Shown: positions 58,812 to 64,000 of the stretch, in pieces
How positions within the stretch are numbered: position 1 is the stretch's first letter
How the letters are laid out: the number at the start of each line of letters is the position of its first letter
Source: Schizochytrium sp. TIO01
Taxonomy: Eukaryota > Protista > Bigyra: Labyrinthulomycetes
NCBI GenBank assembly: GCA_004764695.1
Contig: SMSO01000025.1
Coordinates: forward strand, 4,628,862-4,692,861
Length of the DNA: 64,000 nucleotides
Direction: 5' to 3'
Position numbers and translations under genes: made by a program
The notes under the pieces: model-generated
The model's database searches: none
Told to the model about the DNA's origin: nothing
What the model saw: only the letters and a program-made list of their open reading frames with translations

Positions 58812-59244
58812 AATGAATTGTTGTGCACAATTAATATCAAAGGAAGCAGCAGAGAAAGCAAAGTCAAAGTGCACAGGTCATTGAAGCCTCAGCTTTGGCC
58901 GAAGCTTATCAGACTCGCACGCAGGAAACGAGCAAGCTAGCTAGCTAGCAAGCTGGCCCACGCCTTGGCATCGCTGGCAGGCGGTTGGCTACGGAGGGCG
59001 TTAATTCGTGGATTACTGTGTTGTGAAAGGGAGGAAAAGAAAGAAGAAAAGAAGGAGAAATTGATAAATTGACATATACATTTATTGATTATAACAGCTT
59101 TATTGAAAAAGTGAATCAATCCGTCGATTGAAGTGCGGCAAACCAGAATCAACCATCGGCAAGGCGCAGTCCAGACTCCGTCCAAGCGTGCAGGCAGGTC
59201 CACGCGAGGACCCGGAGTCAGCGGAGTTCGTGAACCCAGTAGAA

Positions 59245-59544
59245 ATGGAGTACCTGCGCAAGTCGCTCTCGCGCAAGTCGCTTTCGCGAAAGTCGCTTTC
59301 CAGGACCTCGCTCTCCCGCAAGTTTTCATTGCGCGGCACTGAGAGCTCAGACTTGGCCAAGGCGCTCAAGCACGAGCAGGCTCGTCTCGAGGAGGAGAAA
59401 GTGCAGGCCGCGCCGGAGAGGACCTACTATCAGGACGAGGGCCGCAGCCTCGAGGAGAAACTCAGGGCCCGTGCCAGGACTTCTGTGCGCAAATCAGGTG
59501 TATGGAGCGCTACGGAGTTTAAGAGGGAGGCCATTAACTGGTGA
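59245..59544 (+). CDS. Small (about 99 aa) protein with tandem RKSLS repeats
   Basis: High GC3 like H4/eIF3g; the 15-bp repeat units differ largely at synonymous positions. First ATG 59245; the frame is open from about 59106. Confidence 0.7.
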   Translation: MEYLRKSLSRKSLSRKSLSRTSLSRKFSLRGTESSDLAKALKHEQARLEEEKVQAAPERTYYQDEGRSLEEKLRARARTSVRKSGVWSATEFKREAINW

Positions 59545-60517
59545 GATGCGCATTTAACCCCGCTTTAAGGACAGCCCCATCCATATGTATTATGTATGGG
59601 CTGTGATTAACGCTAATGTGTATCCCATGTTTCTTCGGCTTGAGACATAAACTCGAGCATCATCCACGTGAAATATCTTCATTCGTTAGCATCTTTCTTG
59701 CGATTCGAGATGGCCATACTTTAAATTTCCTTTTCTTTGTGCTACAAAATATGGACGTTCACATTGATTTTCTTAAATAAATTTAGACGTTCATCGCTGG
59801 CTCGGGTGGCGGTGTAGTTCTTCGCCTTTGCGTTGGCAGGGTTCTGTGCTGCTGACGAGACCTTATCCATGAACGTCTGAGGCTTGAGTGGGCTGTGATT
59901 TGATTTTTTATTGCTTTGACACTAACCATTGATCGCTGAGCTGGTGCCAGCGAGAATAGCTACTGCTTTATTACAATCTGAGTGGCGAATCGCATATCCC
60001 AGATGCTGGGATACCAGGAAGATACTATATTCAGTTGGATGCCAGTTTGATAACTGTTTTATTTTCTTCTTCTTTTTTTTTGCGGCAGTTGAAGTTCATT
60101 ATAACTTCTCGTTTCGTTATACACCATTGCAATTGTAATTTTCCTTTTCCCTCGTCTGCTTCTACCGACTTCAATGAATCAGCGATCACTATTATACTAA
60201 GAGCATCCCATACAACCTTGCTTTACTTCACTCATTACTTCGTTATACATAATCTACAATGATCAATTTACTCTCTTTATAAAGTATCAAAATAGGAAAA
60301 CTTTTTTCACAGTTCCCTTCTGTGCTTATAGTTTCTCGCCCATAGCGATTACGCGAGTGTAGAATATCGCCCGATCAGTTTCAGATGTATTTGGTTTACT
60401 TTCCATCCCTTGAATGTAGCAAATTTTTAAATTAAATGAGATGCTATTCTGCGTTACCAGTAAAAGGGAATACGCATTTGGATAAATAATACAAATATAC
60501 TTGCTACTGCGGGGCCT

Positions 60518-61454
60518 CTAAAAGCTCTCAAACTGTACTTCCAATTGACACTCTGTGCAGGTCTTTACATACATATCGCTACCTGGCTCCACAGGTACAG
60601 CTGGTCCGAAACTATGTTCATGGTAGGTTTGGTTTTTCGGAACAAAATTCTTGATTTGTTGAGTAGTCTCTTTCCGGGTGCCCTTGGCTCTTTTCGTCTT
60701 GCGCGGATCCTCAAGTTGAAGCCCCTTGGACTTTTTGGTTTTCGAAGGACTCGGTGTTGCCGCTGCCGTTTTGTCCCCAGCTACTTCGCCTCGAAGCTTG
60801 CTAATATTTCTCTGGAAGATATCATCAGTGTCTTCAGTGGCAGCCTCTTCAAAAGCTTTCCTGGCACGTTGCTCGCGTTTTTTGGCTCGCTCTAGCACGC
60901 GGCGATTGCGCTCTTCCTCTAGATTTTCCTTTGACCCCCACCTCTCCATCGACCTTGCCTCAACCTGCTTCGTCAGGTATAACTTCATCATTGACCACCC
61001 CATACGCCGCGGGTTCGAGGAAACGAGGAACTTGAGATTATACAGATCATCGTCAGATAGCAAATAGTCATTCTTAGCATTTGTTTTAGAGATAGTCTTG
61101 AACCCAGGACAGTCCAGCTTACACGCTGTGCAGATCGCTTCGTCAAAGGTGGAAAGCATTCGCTGATCTAAAGACAGGGACCCACACTGCTCACAGCGTC
61201 TACCATCTTGACGTTCTACACTATCTAAAGTTCTACTCTCGTCACCCAAAGCTCCCTGGTCTTCGTGATTTCCATCTGTATTAGAACTGCGAGTTTGTTG
61301 TCTCTGTTGCTGTCTCGCCGCCTCGGCCTCAGCCTCTGCTTCGGCTTCTTCATCATAGAACTCTCCTGCAAAGTCATTGAAACCTACACCGGTCCCAATA
61401 TTCTGTCCTACACTGCCACCCGCGGAATTCTTCGAGGTGTTTTTCGTAGCTTCC

Positions 61455-61486
<32 letters not shown>

Positions 61487-61621
61487 GGTGTGTTGTTGTT
61501 TGTTGTTGGTGTTGGTGTTGGTCTTTGCTGGTCCATGGCCACTTGCCGAGCTCCTCTGAAGAGCAGCTGCCTCAGCCTCTGCTTCGACAGCTTCCAGCCA
61601 AGCGAGCTCATCGTCATCCAT
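60518..61621 (-). CDS. XPA: DNA repair protein XPA/Rad14
   Basis: C4 zinc finger CEQC...ICTAC; ISKTNAKNDYLLSDDDL; NPRRMGWSMMKLYL; C-terminal HEHSFG...KTCTECQLEVQFESF. Confidence 0.95.
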
Positions 61622-62326
61622 GGCAGCCTTTGGGCAAGCACGCAAGCAAGCAAAGTCTTTAATGCAGATGGTGGCACGTTCGAGCGGCGACTGGTTGCGA
61701 GTATAGAGTTGTTGTGGTTCCGAGTTTCGTTCATTCTTTCATTCTATGTTATTCATTATGTATGTTATAGGCGTAAATATAATTTACTATCATGATATTC
61801 ATTTTGTTCTTTAAAGGCTTTTCATATTTATTTGATTTTAAATAAGTAAATCACATTAAATTGATAACTTGAAAACATTGATTCCACCGAGTCATGTCGT
61901 CTAATAGCCGTCTTTCGATTGCTCTTTCTGCTTTGTAGAAGCTAGGTAGATACCAAGCATAGGGGCATGGACTATTTAGAACTCATTCCTTCACGAGATA
62001 CTATTTAGGTACCACGTACCACCTACTGGCTAGGAAGCTTGTTCTCCTTTTGTGATTTCCACTTGATCATTTTAATTTTCGCTTTTGTTAAGGAGCTCTC
62101 TTCAAGAAGTTTGTTTCAAGATGACTGAAGAAACTATTAAATACATCATTCTTCGTAAGGAGGATTAACGAAGAAAATTATCAGCATGAAGTAAAACCCA
62201 GCATGAACTCTAAATAAATTTACAATCAGAAATACTCAAAAAGCAGAACGCAACTAAACCAAAACATTACATTTCGACAAGAAGAAATAGAAAAAGTTTG
62301 AATAAATGTACAAAATGAATATGGGT

Positions 62327-64000
62327 CTAATTTTGGTCAAAACTATCAGAGTGGTGGCCTAAAATGTACTCAGCTTCCTGTCGAGCAACAAGAGCCTTTG
62401 CTCTGGAGCTAGGGCCCTTTCGTGATTTACGTGGAGAGCTGTGACGACTGGTTGTTGTATGTTCACTGGAAGGGTATGAGTCCATAGAGTAGGCACTATG
62501 AGCATCCCAACGATGAGTATCCCTATAATTACGACTGAGCAAGCAATCAGCAGAATCTGTATCGAACTCGTCGAGGGAATCATTTCTTCGTGCAGCCTCA
62601 ATTTGCACCTCCTCGTCCGTATCGTACACATCATCCATATCAGAAGTGGTGCCATCAATGATTGCTGCGCGGACCTTGGCAGAGTGTACCAAACTGTCAT
62701 CAGCCATAGCCGACCATTTCATAGGTGAACTACGACGCTTCGGGTAAAGCTTGCTTTGCGGGGCTGGTAGTTTGGTTTTGCTGGATAGGTCCACTTCATC
62801 AATATCAGAAAATTCTACGCCGCTGTCCCCGTCATCGACTTCCTCTACAACCAATCTTTGGACCTGAGACGAAGCAAAAGAATCCGATGCTGCACGAGAG
62901 ACGGATCCATCCTCCTCATCTTCATCGCTCACAACAGAAGCAGCAACCTGTTTTTCATAGTTGCGCTGATGTTGAGCTCCTTTCCTAGAGTAGTCATCTT
63001 CTTCATCTTCGTCATCTTGCATGGACAGAGCGTCATCTTCTCTGCCTCTCCCAAGGTACGATTCCTCATCTTCCTCAACTTCATGGTCATCTTCAAAAGC
63101 AGAGTTCGTTTCTTCTGCACTCATTTCAGACTCCACCAGGTCTTCTTGGTAAACACGGCGCGCGCCACGACTACGGCCCCGAGGAGCTTCCTCAAAGTGT
63201 ACCATATCGGAGCGACTATGCTCAGACTGATCGTCCTCATCTCCTCTCAAACTGTCTTCCTCATCATCATGATCTTCTTCTTCACTGCTCTCGGCGTCCA
63301 TAGACATGGGCTTGAAAAGACCACGTCCTCGAGATATCGGCTTATTTGTAAAGCCAACGATTGACTCAGCATCGCTTTCATCTGATGACTCTTCAATTGA
63401 TGGTTTACGAAGCTTTCGCTGAGCAATCATTCGAGCTCGCGCAGAATTTAACTGTACAGTGGAATTCTCTTCATCTTGATCACTGTCACTGTCATCGTCA
63501 GAGTCTACTTTAACTGTTAATCCAGCATTATCGCCATCAGCAGAGGCCGCGTCACTAAGTTCTTCTTCAGCTAATTGTTGTTCCGCCTCACTTTCTTCTA
63601 AGTCAACCAAATCTTGCGCATGTTCATCGAGCATAGGACGTGATTCCTCTACTGCTTGAACAGGCTTCTCTTCTACGTTAGTCTCAGAAAGAGCATCCTC
63701 GCTGGCCTTTTGCTGTGATACTTGGGGCAAGCTTGGTCCTGTAGGCTTATTTGCAAATCTTAGATTCGCCGGTTTTAAGGCACTCTTTGCGTCTGTAAAG
63801 TAAGTTGGCAACTCGAACTTAAATTTCATCGATGTATCCTTTGGTTCCTTTTCAAGACCTCGAAATCTTTCAGGGAGAACATCCTTTTCCAAATCTTTTT
63901 CCTTTGCTTGAGCGTGGCAATCGATACTGTTCTCCGCTTCAAATGTTTTCTCTTGCAGCTCTGTATCTTTAACATCCTCACTGTCTGAGGTATCCTCAAT
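62327..64000 (-). CDS. 3' part of an acidic, low-complexity hypothetical protein (start lies outside the window)
   Basis: Frame open from stop 62327 through position 64000; D/E/S-rich with no recognisable domain. Confidence 0.75.
   Translation of the reverse strand: MEDTSDSEDVKDTELQEKTFEAENSIDCHAQAKEKDLEKDVLPERFRGLEKEPKDTSMKFKFELPTYFTDAKSALKPANLRFANKPTGPSLPQVSQQKASEDALSETNVEEKPVQAVEESRPMLDEHAQDLVDLEESEAEQQLAEEELSDAASADGDNAGLTVKVDSDDDSDSDQDEENSTVQLNSARARMIAQRKLRKPSIEESSDESDAESIVGFTNKPISRGRGLFKPMSMDAESSEEEDHDDEEDSLRGDEDDQSEHSRSDMVHFEEAPRGRSRGARRVYQEDLVESEMSAEETNSAFEDDHEVEEDEESYLGRGREDDALSMQDDEDEEDDYSRKGAQHQRNYEKQVAASVVSDEDEEDGSVSRAASDSFASSQVQRLVVEEVDDGDSGVEFSDIDEVDLSSKTKLPAPQSKLYPKRRSSPMKWSAMADDSLVHSAKVRAAIIDGTTSDMDDVYDTDEEVQIEAARRNDSLDEFDTDSADCLLSRNYRDTHRWDAHSAYSMDSYPSSEHTTTSRHSSPRKSRKGPSSRAKALVARQEAEYILGHHSDSFDQN

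Overview
Gene-dense, almost intron-free eukaryotic nuclear DNA. The gene content, a single GT-AG intron, and the poly-N/poly-Q and microsatellite style suggest a stramenopile such as a thraustochytrid (inference only). It holds about 16 protein-coding loci: histone H4, an EF-hand K+-dependent Na+/Ca2+ exchanger, PUS7/TruD, a 1251-aa protein resembling a catalytically altered Sola3-type DDD transposase, a Patched-family RND protein, a 3794-aa ASH/PapD-like Ig-repeat protein, a TM-RING-H2 E3 ligase, eIF3g, a frameshifted thymidylate kinase, a Q-rich orphan, a [ST]EY-repeat putative microtubule-binding protein, fumarylacetoacetase, a two-exon GRASP-like protein, a small RKSLS-repeat protein, XPA, and an acidic protein cut by the window edge. 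Best leads: the probable domesticated transposase, a possible CUG-initiated mitochondrial presequence on PUS7, the +1 frameshift in the essential TMPK gene, the giant Ig-repeat protein, and a hairpin-rich GC island near eIF3g that may be an ncRNA. No tRNA, rRNA, CRISPR array or intact mobile element was recognised. All family calls come from motifs read by eye; no searches were run.
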